Of a stretch of DNA of 64,000 nucleotides, positions 39,175 through 48,280 are shown piece by piece. The notes below the pieces were generated by a model. The model did not search any database. It worked only from the letters and a program-made list of their open reading frames with translations, and was not told where the DNA came from. Position numbers and translations under genes: made by a program. How positions within the stretch are numbered: position 1 is the first letter of the stretch; each line of letters begins with the position of its first letter. Origin of the DNA: Clostridia bacterium (GTDB lineage Bacteria > Bacillota > Clostridia > Christensenellales > UBA3700); the NCBI GenBank assembly GCA_029060025.1, contig JAIDUV010000037.1, positions 1,587-65,586 on the forward strand, given 5' to 3'.

Positions 39175-40098
39175 ATGAGCAGATACGAACTAAAGACGAT
39201 AGAATATACTCAAATTTGCCAAGAAGACTTGGTTGTGGCGCTTGGCTTTTTTGACTGTCTTCATATCGGACATACAAAGTTGATACAGTCTGCAAAATTG
39301 CTTGCATTCAAAAACAATGCAAAATGCGGAGTATTTACTTTTGACAACAATCCTTTTGCAATACTGGGAAGAAAAGATTGCGGACAAATATTGGACTTTG
39401 AAGAAAGACTGACGAGACTATACGATTTGAGAGTGGATTATTGCATCAAAGCAAGGTTTGACAAAGAGTTTTCGCAGTTAAAACCTTTGGAATTTTTGCA
39501 AAAACTAATTGCAAATAAGCGTATCAAAGGCGTAGTGGTGGGAAATGACTACACTTTCGGCGCAAAGGGCGAAGGTGACGTTGAGTTACTTGCAAGTTGG
39601 TGCGCAGAGAATTCAATAGACTTGGTAATTGAGCCTTTTGCTCAAGACGAAGGCGGAAAGATATCGTCAACGAGAGTGCGTCAACTTCTTTGCGACGGAG
39701 ACTTAGAGCAGGCAAATAAGTATCTTGGACAACCTTACTTCATTATCGGACAGGTCGAGAACGGCAAACAGCGCGGCAGAAATATTGGTTTTGCCACTGC
39801 AAACGTAGCGTACCCCCAAGATAAACTCAAGATAAAGTCGGGATCGTATTATACTAGAGTATTGATTGACGGAGTATGGCTCAAGGCAGTGACCAACGTG
39901 GGAGAACATCCTACCTTTGACGATATGAATTATAATATTGAAAGTCATATTTTGTTTTATAAAAACGATTTATACGGCAAAAAACTTACTATAAGATTTT
40001 TACAGCGTATACGCGATATAAAAAAATTCACTTCAAAAGAAGAACTTGCCGACAGAATTAACAAAGACGTAAGTTTTGCATTAAAGAGCGAGTTGTGA
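39175..40098 (+). CDS. ribF: Bifunctional riboflavin kinase / FMN adenylyltransferase
   Basis: LGFFDCLHIGH, GFATANV, and a flavokinase C-terminal domain. Confidence 0.93.
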   Translation: MSRYELKTIEYTQICQEDLVVALGFFDCLHIGHTKLIQSAKLLAFKNNAKCGVFTFDNNPFAILGRKDCGQILDFEERLTRLYDLRVDYCIKARFDKEFSQLKPLEFLQKLIANKRIKGVVVGNDYTFGAKGEGDVELLASWCAENSIDLVIEPFAQDEGGKISSTRVRQLLCDGDLEQANKYLGQPYFIIGQVENGKQRGRNIGFATANVAYPQDKLKIKSGSYYTRVLIDGVWLKAVTNVGEHPTFDDMNYNIESHILFYKNDLYGKKLTIRFLQRIRDIKKFTSKEELADRINKDVSFALKSEL

Positions 40099-40105
40099 GG
40101 TATTT

Positions 40106-40957
40106 ATGATAAAATTCGGACCTAGCGGACTGTGCCAACAGTTTGCCGAGAGCGGTAAAAAACACACTATAGAGGCGGGAAAATGGCTCAAAGATTTGGG
40201 ACTTGACTGCTTTGAGTATTCTTTTGGCAGAGGCGTAATGATAAAAAGCCAAACCGCCGAGGAAATAGGCAAAGAATTTGCTCAAAACGGTATAGAGATA
40301 AGTGTACACGCTCCGTATTTTATAAATCTTGCGACGCAAGAAGAAGATAAAGCCGCCAACAATCATAGATACATATTTGATTCGTTGAGGGCTTTGAGAG
40401 CATTTGGCGGAAAAAGATGCGTTTTTCACCCGGGCAGTCCTCTTAAAACTCCGAGAGCAGAGGCAATGAATGTATTGCTTAGAAGATTTGAAGAAGTCTT
40501 GAGGATAAAAAATGACGAGGGATTTGAAGACTTGATACTTTGTCCGGAGACTATGGGTAAGATAGCGCAACTGGGTGACTTGGAAGAAGTAATTGCAATG
40601 TGCAATTTGGGTGACGACAATATAGTGCCGTGTATTGACTTCGGGCATCTTAATTCCAGAGAAAAAGGACTTTATTTCACAAAAGACGATTATAAGCGCA
40701 CGATAGATAGACTTTTGGAGGGCGTGGGCAAGAGCAAAACCAACAGAATGCACGTGCATTTCTCCAAAATTCAATATTCTTCGGGCGGAGAAGTGAGACA
40801 TTTGACTTTTGACGACACTACTTATGGGCCGGAGTTCGAACCGCTTATGCAAGTGTTTGCCGATTATCGTCTCAATCCTTACGTCGTATGCGAATCAGCA
40901 GGCACGCAGACAAGAGACGCCTTGGCAATGAAGACTTACTACAAGACGTTGGTTTGA
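40106..40957 (+). CDS. Xylose-isomerase-like TIM-barrel protein (AP endonuclease family 2 / endonuclease IV-like)
   Basis: 283 aa with a SVHAPYFINL motif and H/E-rich metal-ligand spacing typical of the family. The call is made by eye only. Confidence 0.55.
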   Translation: MIKFGPSGLCQQFAESGKKHTIEAGKWLKDLGLDCFEYSFGRGVMIKSQTAEEIGKEFAQNGIEISVHAPYFINLATQEEDKAANNHRYIFDSLRALRAFGGKRCVFHPGSPLKTPRAEAMNVLLRRFEEVLRIKNDEGFEDLILCPETMGKIAQLGDLEEVIAMCNLGDDNIVPCIDFGHLNSREKGLYFTKDDYKRTIDRLLEGVGKSKTNRMHVHFSKIQYSSGGEVRHLTFDDTTYGPEFEPLMQVFADYRLNPYVVCESAGTQTRDALAMKTYYKTLV

Positions 40958-41020
40958 GAAAAAATCATTGATTTTGCGTATAGACTTTACATATATCTAA
41001 AATTATGTTAAAATAATTTT

Positions 41021-42052
41021 ATGGATATTTGCAGACGGTTATACGATATGGCAGGAGTGGACACACTAGTAATATTGACGCCGTCAAACACGCGATATTT
41101 GTCGGGATATGCATCTACCAACTGTCAAATTATCTTGACTAAACGCAATTCCTACTTTCTCACAGATATGAGATATTATCTTGAGGCGAGGAAGTATCTT
41201 GGAAATAAGTTTGAAGTATTGTGTCAGGATATTATGTCCTCAAAAGCCCTTATTGAGGGTGACAAAATAGGCATCGAGAATGATATTTCTTATGGACAAT
41301 ATAAGGCAATTGCTCAAATTGCAGGCAATAATCTCATAGATATTATGCCATATATTGCTGCATTGAGAAATATTAAGACAGAATTTGAGATTGAGTCAAT
41401 CAAAAAGGCTCAAAGCGTGACCGAACTTGCATATAGCGAAGCACTGAAGATAATCAAAGAAGGTGTGAGCGAAGTCGAGTTGGCAGCGTATATAGAGTAT
41501 ATAATGAAAAGAAATGGCTGTCAGATAGCTTTTGACTCCATAGTTGCTTTTGGAGATCATACGGCAAGTCCGCACGCGCATCCAAGTCAACGTACACTCA
41601 AGAGCGGAGATTTTATTACGATGGATATCGGCGCCAAATACGAGGGCTATTGCTCGGATATGACGAGGACTGTCGGATATGGACAATTGAGTACAAAGCA
41701 GGCTCAGATATACAACTGCGTGCTCAAAGCGCAAAACCTTGTTATTGCCAACTTGAAAGCAGGTATGACAGGCAAAGAAGGAGACACGATTGCGAGAGAC
41801 TACTTCAAGCAAAACTCCTTGGCTCAATACTTTACACATTCTCTGGGGCACGGCGTGGGAATTGATATTCACGAAGGCGTGGGGCTTACGCCGAGAGAAG
41901 AAGGGCTTTTGCAACCTAATATGGTTGTGACGGTAGAGCCGGGGCTGTATATCGACGGAGAATTTGGCGTACGCATAGAAGATATGGTACAAATTACGCA
42001 AAGCGGAGTCATTGATTTGACTAATACTGATAAACAACTAACTATACTATAA
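41021..42052 (+). CDS. pepP: Xaa-Pro aminopeptidase (M24 family)
   Basis: DMTRT, HSLGHGVGIDIHE, TVEPGLY, IEDMV metal-ligand motifs. The position upstream of efp matches B. subtilis yqhT-efp. Confidence 0.9.
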   Translation: MDICRRLYDMAGVDTLVILTPSNTRYLSGYASTNCQIILTKRNSYFLTDMRYYLEARKYLGNKFEVLCQDIMSSKALIEGDKIGIENDISYGQYKAIAQIAGNNLIDIMPYIAALRNIKTEFEIESIKKAQSVTELAYSEALKIIKEGVSEVELAAYIEYIMKRNGCQIAFDSIVAFGDHTASPHAHPSQRTLKSGDFITMDIGAKYEGYCSDMTRTVGYGQLSTKQAQIYNCVLKAQNLVIANLKAGMTGKEGDTIARDYFKQNSLAQYFTHSLGHGVGIDIHEGVGLTPREEGLLQPNMVVTVEPGLYIDGEFGVRIEDMVQITQSGVIDLTNTDKQLTIL

Positions 42053-42073
42053 ACACAAATTTGGAGGTATTTT

Positions 42074-42640
42074 ATGGCTGATTTTATATTGGCAGGAGAT
42101 TTTAGAAAGGGTGTTACGTTTGAAATGGACGGCAAAGTCGTCACTATCGTTGACTTTTTGCACGTAAAGCCGGGCAAGGGCGCCGCATTCGTTCGCACCA
42201 AACTCAGAGACGTTATCAATGGAGGTACCGTTGAAATGACGTTCAACCCAACGGCAAAATTCCAAACCGCTCATATCGAGCATAAGACGATGGTTTATTC
42301 TTACAACGACGGTGATCTTTATTATTTTATGGATCCCAATACCTTTGATATGATGCCTATCAACGGCGAAGCAGCCGAAGACGCTCTCAAATTCGTTATG
42401 GAAAACGGCGAAGTTACCGTATCTTTCTACAATGGCAGCCCATTCTCTGTTGAAGCGCCTAACTTTGTAGAACTTTTGATTACGCACTGCGAACCCGGCG
42501 CAAAGGGCAATACTACCCAAGGAGCAACGAAGCCTGCAACTCTTGAGACAGGATTTACTTTGCAAGTTCCGCTCTTTGTCAATGAGGGTGATACTATCAG
42601 AGTTGATACTCGTACAGGTTCGTATATGTCCAGAGTTTAA
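42074..42640 (+). CDS. efp: Translation elongation factor P
   Basis: [15 protein letters not shown] loop and three-domain length. Confidence 0.96.
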   Translation: MADFILAGDFRKGVTFEMDGKVVTIVDFLHVKPGKGAAFVRTKLRDVINGGTVEMTFNPTAKFQTAHIEHKTMVYSYNDGDLYYFMDPNTFDMMPINGEAAEDALKFVMENGEVTVSFYNGSPFSVEAPNFVELLITHCEPGAKGNTTQGATKPATLETGFTLQVPLFVNEGDTIRVDTRTGSYMSRV

Positions 42641-42657
42641 TATTAAGTTTGACTCAT

Positions 42658-42795
42658 AGGGAGGTGTCGCAATTTTACACGGCAATAATGCTTTCCCTAC
42701 GTCTTCAAACTCTCTTGACGTACATCAAGTACGCCTGCGTTCGTTTTCATTGTATAGAAAACATTCTTACTCGTGAAAATCTTACGTCACTCCCT
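42658..42795. repeat. ~140-nt long-hairpin element R3 in the efp 3' region
   Basis: The 24-nt arms AGGGAGGTGTCGCAATTTTACACG (42658-81) and CGTGAAAATCTTACGTCACTCCCT (42772-95) pair at about 21 positions. Internal features are a CGTAC-atcaa-GTACG hairpin (42719-33) and CATTCTTACT (42762-71). Confidence 0.6.
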
Positions 42796-42822
42796 TCTCG
42801 TCTAACGAGAGGGGAGTTTTTT
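42790..42822 (+). terminator. Rho-independent terminator 150 nt downstream of efp
   Basis: CTCCCTTCTCG-tctaa-CGAGAGGGGAG followed by T6. Its 5' half overlaps the right arm of R3. Confidence 0.8.
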
Positions 42823-42844
42823 AAATATAAGTTATTTATCTTAT

Positions 42845-43060
42845 GTCACCTCGAGCATAGTCGAGAGGTCTCTATCCTATTATTATCACACTGAACGGAG
42901 CGAAGCATAGTCTAAAAATCCAAGTTTTATATTTGCAAACCATTCCAACGTCATTTCGACTGGAGCGAAGCGTAATGGAGAAATCTCAACAGTAAAAAAT
43001 CTGATTAGACTTTTCGACTTCGCTCAAGGTGACAAGAATGTGTATTTTGTCGAAAAATTT
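42845..43060. repeat. Cluster of at least five dispersed hairpin repeat units
   Basis: Units lie at 42845-72 (ACCTC/GAGGT stem), 42886-921 (degenerate), 42950-87 (ATTTC/GAAAT stem), 43007-40 (reverse orientation) and 43034-60 (degenerate, ATTTT/AAAAT). Confidence 0.7.
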
Positions 43061-43121
43061 ATTGATTTTGATATGTTTGTAATATTGTCATAGACGCTAA
43101 TTCGCGTACTTATTATATTGT

Positions 43122-43982
43122 ATGGAAACGTTATTGTCGAAGTTAATTCCGATATCTTTGTTCAACGAATTGTATAGAAAAGTTGACTTCAACGTACTCA
43201 CCGAAGTGAGAATGCGTCTTGATAAGCCATTGTATTACGCCGAAGCGGGAAAATACAAAAGGCTTGATGGTTTGAGCGTAAGCAAAGACGATTTGTTCTA
43301 CACGATTGGAGTAGCAACTAAGACGTCTCTATATGCTTATAACGAATATTTGGCAGAAGGATATATAACTTATGACGGTGGAATAAGGATAGGCATAACG
43401 GGTGAAGGCGTGATAAAGAACGGTCGTTTATCCACACTCAAAAACATAACTTCGCTGTGCATAAGAATACCCAGATACGTAGAAATTCACAACGAAAAGG
43501 TTGATTCTCTTATAAATAAGTTTGACAACACATTGATAATATCCAAGCCAGGTTACGGCAAGACAACGCTGTTGAGGTATATGATAAAGTCATTGTCGGA
43601 CAGAGAGTATAATACGTTGGTTTTGGACGAAAGAGGCGAGTTGAGCGGCGTAGTAGACGGAAAACTGTCGATTGATTTGGGCGCTTGCACAGATATTGTA
43701 GTAGGAGTACCTAAAATCACTGCTTATGCTTCTCAAGTGCGCAGTATGCGTCCCGACATCATTGCTACTGATGAGATATTCGGCGAGAAAGAAATAGAAT
43801 GTATACTAGACTGTATAAGGTGCGGAGTCAAAGTAGTTGCGACGTTACATTCCGACGAAATTTCCAAGGTTAAAAAAAGTCCTATTTATTCTCGACTTTT
43901 AAGTGATTTTCGTTACGTGGTGTCGATTATAGGCATTGGCAATATTGACAGAGTAATCGATTTGAGAGGAAATTATGCTTAA
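43122..43982 (+). CDS. spoIIIAA: Stage III sporulation protein AA (ATPase)
   Basis: Walker A SKPGYGKTTLLRY, Walker B IIATDEI, and first position of an eight-gene spoIIIA-type operon. Confidence 0.9.
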   Translation: METLLSKLIPISLFNELYRKVDFNVLTEVRMRLDKPLYYAEAGKYKRLDGLSVSKDDLFYTIGVATKTSLYAYNEYLAEGYITYDGGIRIGITGEGVIKNGRLSTLKNITSLCIRIPRYVEIHNEKVDSLINKFDNTLIISKPGYGKTTLLRYMIKSLSDREYNTLVLDERGELSGVVDGKLSIDLGACTDIVVGVPKITAYASQVRSMRPDIIATDEIFGEKEIECILDCIRCGVKVVATLHSDEISKVKKSPIYSRLLSDFRYVVSIIGIGNIDRVIDLRGNYA

Positions 43983-44475
43983 ACTTGCAATCAGCGGCGT
44001 ACTGTGCTTTATATCGGCGTATCTCGGAATTGCAGGCAAGAATTACTATGACAAGAGATGTAAATATCTCAGAGATTTCGACGATTTTTTGTCGTCCTTG
44101 CGAGATGGAATAAGTTATGCAAAAGACAAATTGCCGCAGATAGGACGCAAGTTTTTATTGGGAGGAAAAGGCGCGTTTTACAATGACCTTGAAGAGTATA
44201 TTTGTCTTGCGGAAAGTTGCAACCCCACGCAAGAGCAGGTCAATAAGTGTTTTGACAGTAAATACCTTTCAAAGTTTGACAAAGCGATGTTCAAAGAGTT
44301 TTTTTTCCAACTGGGAAAATTTGATTATGATACTCAAATATCAAGACTGGATTTGACGAAATCACAACTTAAAAAAACTATGGAAAAAGCCGAAAAAGAA
44401 CGCAGGACGACAGGGAATCTTCTGCCAAAGTTGGGGCTGGTACTCGGCATAGCAATAATGATAATTGTAGCGTAG
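43975..44475 (+). CDS. spoIIIAB: Stage III sporulation protein AB
   Basis: 166 aa with N- and C-terminal TM helices. Operon position 2, overlapping spoIIIAA. Confidence 0.85.
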   Translation: MLKLAISGVLCFISAYLGIAGKNYYDKRCKYLRDFDDFLSSLRDGISYAKDKLPQIGRKFLLGGKGAFYNDLEEYICLAESCNPTQEQVNKCFDSKYLSKFDKAMFKEFFFQLGKFDYDTQISRLDLTKSQLKKTMEKAEKERRTTGNLLPKLGLVLGIAIMIIVA

Positions 44476-44482
44476 GTGTATT

Positions 44483-44680
44483 ATGGCAATTGATATTATT
44501 TTCAAAATCGCAGGAATAGGATTGCTCACCGCAATCATCAACGTCATTTTGAAAAAGAGTGATAAGGACGAGATAGCAACTTACGTCACAATAGCGGGAC
44601 TTATACTCGTGCTGATAATGGTGCTTGATATGCTCGGCGGACTCTTTGACACTTTGAAATCGATACTAAATCTTTATTAG
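44483..44680 (+). CDS. spoIIIAC: Stage III sporulation protein AC
   Basis: 65-aa two-helix protein with IFKIAGIGLLTAIINVILK. Confidence 0.88.
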   Translation: MAIDIIFKIAGIGLLTAIINVILKKSDKDEIATYVTIAGLILVLIMVLDMLGGLFDTLKSILNLY

Positions 44681-44684
44681 CGCT

Positions 44685-45068
44685 ATGGATATATTCAAGA
44701 TAGTAGGTATAGCAATAGTGGGGTGCGTATGTACTTTGCTCCTCAAAAATACTCAATCGCAGTACGCAATGCTGTCTTCGCTTGCCACAGGGATAATTAT
44801 ATTGATTATTGCGCTTTCGTCCTTTTCAAAAGTCATTTTATCTTTTCAGGCAATTATAGACAAGACTGGCGTCAACAGCGAACTTTTTGCTACGCTTTTG
44901 AAAATTATCGGAATCGGATATATCACTGAATATTCGCAGAGCGTATGCGAAGATCTTGAGTGCGGAAGTATAGGAAAAAAGGTGTCTTTTGCAGGCAAAA
45001 TTGCAATATTTTTATTGGCGTTGCCAATCATTGAGAATCTTATCAACACAGTCACGGAGATATTGTGA
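44685..45068 (+). CDS. spoIIIAD: Stage III sporulation protein AD
   Basis: 127-aa four-helix protein with LKIIGIGYITEYS. Confidence 0.88.
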   Translation: MDIFKIVGIAIVGCVCTLLLKNTQSQYAMLSSLATGIIILIIALSSFSKVILSFQAIIDKTGVNSELFATLLKIIGIGYITEYSQSVCEDLECGSIGKKVSFAGKIAIFLLALPIIENLINTVTEIL

Positions 45069-45069
45069 A

Positions 45070-46290
45070 ATGAAATTTAGAGGCAAAATATCGACCTATA
45101 TCCAATATTTTTGTATAGCGCTGATACTTTGCATAGCGTTGGCAACAAGCGTAATTCAACCTGATGAGATATGCTACGCCGACAACGCCCAAGATTCGCA
45201 GGATATCCTTGAAGACAATGTGGATCAAAATTTGTCGGGACTTGATTTGCAATCTCTTCAACGACTTTTTGAGTCACTTGACGGTGACTTCAAATCGCTC
45301 TTTGGAGAAGACGTAGTGACTACTGTCAAAGGCATAATTCAAGGGACGTTTAGAGGGGACTTTTCTACGTTTATCGGAGTTATGTTCAAAGGTCTCGGCA
45401 AATGCGTGCTAGACGTGTTGCCAATGATTTTGACCATCATAGCAGTTGCTATAATATACAGTCTGCTAGAAGGGCTTACCTCGTCTTTTGCTCAAAAACC
45501 TACAAGAAAACTAATATACTTTGCTACTTACAGCGCGATAATAGTGCTTGTTATGGCGCAAGTCGGGGGAATGATTGCGCTTACGACCAATACTATAGGC
45601 AACATCAAGTTGCTTATGGAGAGTATTTTTCCCATACTGCTCACGTTGACTACGTTGCTTGGAGGGGTAAATTCGTCTGCGTTTTTTTCGCCGTTGATGG
45701 CAACGTTGACGACGTTTATCACTGCATTTATTTCATCGGTAATTATACCGTTTTTTATTGCTACGATTGCGTTCTCCATAGTCGGCAATATGACAAGCAG
45801 CGTTAAGTTGGACAAACTCACTGGCTTTTTCAAGTCTACGGCTACGTATGCATTGGGTGGAGTATTTGGAATATTCATAGCCTTCTTGACCTTTCAAGGC
45901 TTGACTGGCGGAGTAATAGACAGCATTTCTATAAAGACGGCAAAGTTTGCGCTGCAAAGTTATATTCCAATTCTCGGCGGTTATCTATCCGACGGTTTTG
46001 ATTTGATGCTTGCAAGTCTCGTATTGATAAAAAATTCGCTAGGTATAGTATCTTTACTAATGATACTTGGCGTGATAGCGTTGCCGACTCTCAAGATAAT
46101 AATTTTAAGTCTTGCGCTAAAACTTGCAAGCGGAATAATTGAGCCGCTTTGCGACAGCAAGTTTAGCAAGATGTTGCAAAGCATATCTTCCAATTTGACT
46201 TTGCTTATCGTATCGTTGCTGGGAGTAGCATTTATGTTTTTGCTCACGGTAATGCTTGTAATCTATACGTTTAATATAGGAATAGCGTAG
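45070..46290 (+). CDS. spoIIIAE: Stage III sporulation protein AE
   Basis: Signal/TM segment then a polytopic membrane domain. The ATG at 45070 lies 2 nt after the spoIIIAD stop. The 44989 start in the ORF track lies inside spoIIIAD. Confidence 0.88.
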   Translation: MKFRGKISTYIQYFCIALILCIALATSVIQPDEICYADNAQDSQDILEDNVDQNLSGLDLQSLQRLFESLDGDFKSLFGEDVVTTVKGIIQGTFRGDFSTFIGVMFKGLGKCVLDVLPMILTIIAVAIIYSLLEGLTSSFAQKPTRKLIYFATYSAIIVLVMAQVGGMIALTTNTIGNIKLLMESIFPILLTLTTLLGGVNSSAFFSPLMATLTTFITAFISSVIIPFFIATIAFSIVGNMTSSVKLDKLTGFFKSTATYALGGVFGIFIAFLTFQGLTGGVIDSISIKTAKFALQSYIPILGGYLSDGFDLMLASLVLIKNSLGIVSLLMILGVIALPTLKIIILSLALKLASGIIEPLCDSKFSKMLQSISSNLTLLIVSLLGVAFMFLLTVMLVIYTFNIGIA

Positions 46291-46340
46291 GTATTGCTAA
46301 AGATTATCCGTAATAAAATATTAAATTAACGAGGTGTTAT

Positions 46341-46787
46341 ATGAGCGGTTGGCTTATAGGTATAGTAGGGGTAGTATCATTGGGAGTGCTTATAGAAGTG
46401 CTGTTGCCTGAGGGAGAAAACAGTAAGTACATAAGAGGTATATTTTCCATAATCGTTATTTTCGTAATAATTTCGCCGTTGCCAAAACTGGCAAAGGGAG
46501 ATTACATCAAAGGATTCACTTCACAGAAACAAGAGATTTCAATCGACGAAGAATACTATAGCAGCGTCAAATCTGACATCCAAGCAAGAGTTGAGGACAA
46601 TCTTAGGCAAAAGTTGGAAAAAGCAGGTTATAACGACTTGTCCTTCGACATACAATTTGATGAAGAGTACGTTTTTATGATAAACAAAATCGTCGTACAC
46701 GGTAAAGATATTGACGAACAGCAGTGGCAAGAATTGACAGAGTTTTTGCGCGCGGTGACAGGCAATGCAAAAGTAGAAAAGGCATAG
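46341..46787 (+). CDS. spoIIIAF: Stage III sporulation protein AF
   Basis: Two N-terminal TM helices plus a soluble domain. Operon position 6. Confidence 0.85.
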   Translation: MSGWLIGIVGVVSLGVLIEVLLPEGENSKYIRGIFSIIVIFVIISPLPKLAKGDYIKGFTSQKQEISIDEEYYSSVKSDIQARVEDNLRQKLEKAGYNDLSFDIQFDEEYVFMINKIVVHGKDIDEQQWQELTEFLRAVTGNAKVEKA

Positions 46788-46812
46788 ATTTGCAATACGA
46801 GAGGTTATAAAG

Positions 46813-47226
46813 GTGGAAAAAATAAAGAAAATTGTAGAAAAATGTAAAAAAATAAAAGGTTTTGAAATAATTTGCGCTTTAGTCATAGCCGTGATAGCAA
46901 TATGCATATATTTTAGTGTAAATGCGATAACAAGCAACTCGGACAAATCTCAAACGACTACTCAAAAGCAAAGCGGACTTGTCGGAGAAATACAAGACAT
47001 ATTATCTGGCATAGAAGGAGTGGGAGACTGTCAGGTGTTGATAACTTACAAGGCAGGACAAGATACTCAAGAAGTGGATAACCTCAATTCGACGGACAAT
47101 ATCCAAGGCGTAGTAGTCGTAGCAAGAGGCGGAAACGACGTGCTGACAAGAATAAAAATAGTAAATGCGTTATGTACTCTATTAAAAATAGATGCAAATA
47201 ATATTCAAATCTTTGAAATGAAATAA
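46813..47226 (+). CDS. spoIIIAG: Stage III sporulation protein AG
   Basis: One TM helix and a C-terminal ring-forming-like domain (GVGDCQVLITY, IQGVVVVARG). GTG start. Confidence 0.85.
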   Translation: MEKIKKIVEKCKKIKGFEIICALVIAVIAICIYFSVNAITSNSDKSQTTTQKQSGLVGEIQDILSGIEGVGDCQVLITYKAGQDTQEVDNLNSTDNIQGVVVVARGGNDVLTRIKIVNALCTLLKIDANNIQIFEMK

Positions 47227-47238
47227 TTGGAGGTCATT

Positions 47239-47760
47239 ATGGCAAAAACAGAAAAAAGAAAGAAGTTATCTTCAAACGCAAAGAAAGCGCTCGTACTTTG
47301 CTGTATGGTAGGGCTTTTGGTTGTGACAGGTGTGTTGAACTTTGTACTCAACTCACAAATCAACAACTCTACCGACGTTGGCAACAATGGCGGAGACGTC
47401 AATGCAGTGGAAACATTCTTCAACTCTCACCGCAGCAATAGAGAGACGGCAAGAGCAGAGGAATTTAGTTATCTTGACGCAATAATCAAATCCGAAAGCA
47501 CAAGCGAAACCGTCAAAGCAAGCGCAGAGCAAAAGCAAGTTGAATTACTTGAGTTTATTGAAAAAGAACTTGTACTTGAGAGCATTATCAAAGCCAAAGG
47601 TTTTGACGACGCTGTCGTAACGATGTCTACCAACAACCTCAACGTAATCGTCAACAAGGCAGAACTCACTCCTCAAGACGTAGCGCAGATAGTGGGCGCA
47701 ATGCTCAGCGAAACAAATTATGCTCGCAATCAAGTGTACGTAATGTCTTACTCGGTTTAA
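47239..47760 (+). CDS. spoIIIAH: Stage III sporulation protein AH
   Basis: One TM helix plus a YscJ/FliF-like soluble domain. The ATG at 47239 follows GGAGG. Confidence 0.85.
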   Translation: MAKTEKRKKLSSNAKKALVLCCMVGLLVVTGVLNFVLNSQINNSTDVGNNGGDVNAVETFFNSHRSNRETARAEEFSYLDAIIKSESTSETVKASAEQKQVELLEFIEKELVLESIIKAKGFDDAVVTMSTNNLNVIVNKAELTPQDVAQIVGAMLSETNYARNQVYVMSYSV

Positions 47761-47793
47761 TATAAAGACAATAAATAAGTATATGTTAAAATT

Positions 47794-47818
47794 GCCGATC
47801 TATTTAGGTCGGCTTTTT
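47794..47818 (+). terminator. Rho-independent terminator after spoIIIAH
   Basis: GCCGATC-tattta-GGTCGGC (one G-U pair) followed by T5. Confidence 0.75.
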
Positions 47819-47914
47819 AATATTTTAAGTCAATAATTATTATAATAATTAAATAAACAGACTTGTCAAAAGCGCTTTGATATGTTAGAATATAAATTGG
47901 CAAAGGAGGTATAT

Positions 47915-48271
47915 ATGTCAATGGAATCAAATTTAGACAAAAGTAAATCCAACGAAACGTATATCAACGTAATATCTTCCATCACCGGTAGCGCCGCGTC
48001 GCAAGTTGACGGAGTAGTATCCGTAACTTACGGTAATAATAAACAGAAAAAAATCGGAAGAAAGTCGTCTTCCCGAAATAAGGCTATCGACGTGGTTATC
48101 TACGACAACAGATTGGCAAAAATTGAAATTTCCGTCAATATTTATTACGGATACGTCATACCGGTCGTAGTTTGCAAACTACAGGAAAAAATTAAACAAG
48201 AGATAGAAAAATCTACTTTCTACAAGGTCAGCAGCGTCAACGTCAACGTCGTTGGCATAGTAGCGGGGTAA
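47915..48271 (+). CDS. Asp23/Gls24 family envelope stress protein
   Basis: ITGSAASQVDGVVSV and a KVSSVNVNVVGI C-terminus. The ATG at 47915 follows AAAGGAGG. The position upstream of nusB matches other Firmicutes. Confidence 0.85.
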   Translation: MSMESNLDKSKSNETYINVISSITGSAASQVDGVVSVTYGNNKQKKIGRKSSSRNKAIDVVIYDNRLAKIEISVNIYYGYVIPVVVCKLQEKIKQEIEKSTFYKVSSVNVNVVGIVAG

Positions 48272-48280
48272 TATAGAGAA

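Noticed and set aside
42649-42894. 81-aa + strand ORF downstream of efp
   Set aside because: It starts at a TTG, runs through the long-hairpin element, the efp terminator and a repeat unit, and has no Shine-Dalgarno-spaced start. It is a translation artefact of repeat DNA.
43048-43054. Perfect Spo0A box (TGTCGAA) about 70 bp upstream of spoIIIAA, and a 6/7 match (CGTCGAA) at 59424-30 by the purB -35 region
   Set aside because: The 43048 site is part of a degenerate hairpin-repeat unit (AAGAATG-TGT-ATTTT-GTCGA-AAAAT), whose conserved GTCGA explains the match. Several chance 7-mer hits are expected in 64 kb. spoIIIA is classically sigma-E dependent, not Spo0A dependent.
43061-43121. Sigma-E promoter for spoIIIA (CATAGACG as a -10 with TGATATG as a -35)
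   Set aside because: The spacing (about 12-13 nt) and sequence fit the remembered sigma-E consensus only loosely. I cannot support it without a position-weight-matrix scan or transcript mapping.
43428-43436. Perfect DnaA box TTATCCACA
   Set aside because: It is a single isolated box inside the spoIIIAA coding sequence. There is no cluster, no AT-rich unwinding element and no dnaA/dnaN nearby. It is most likely chance.
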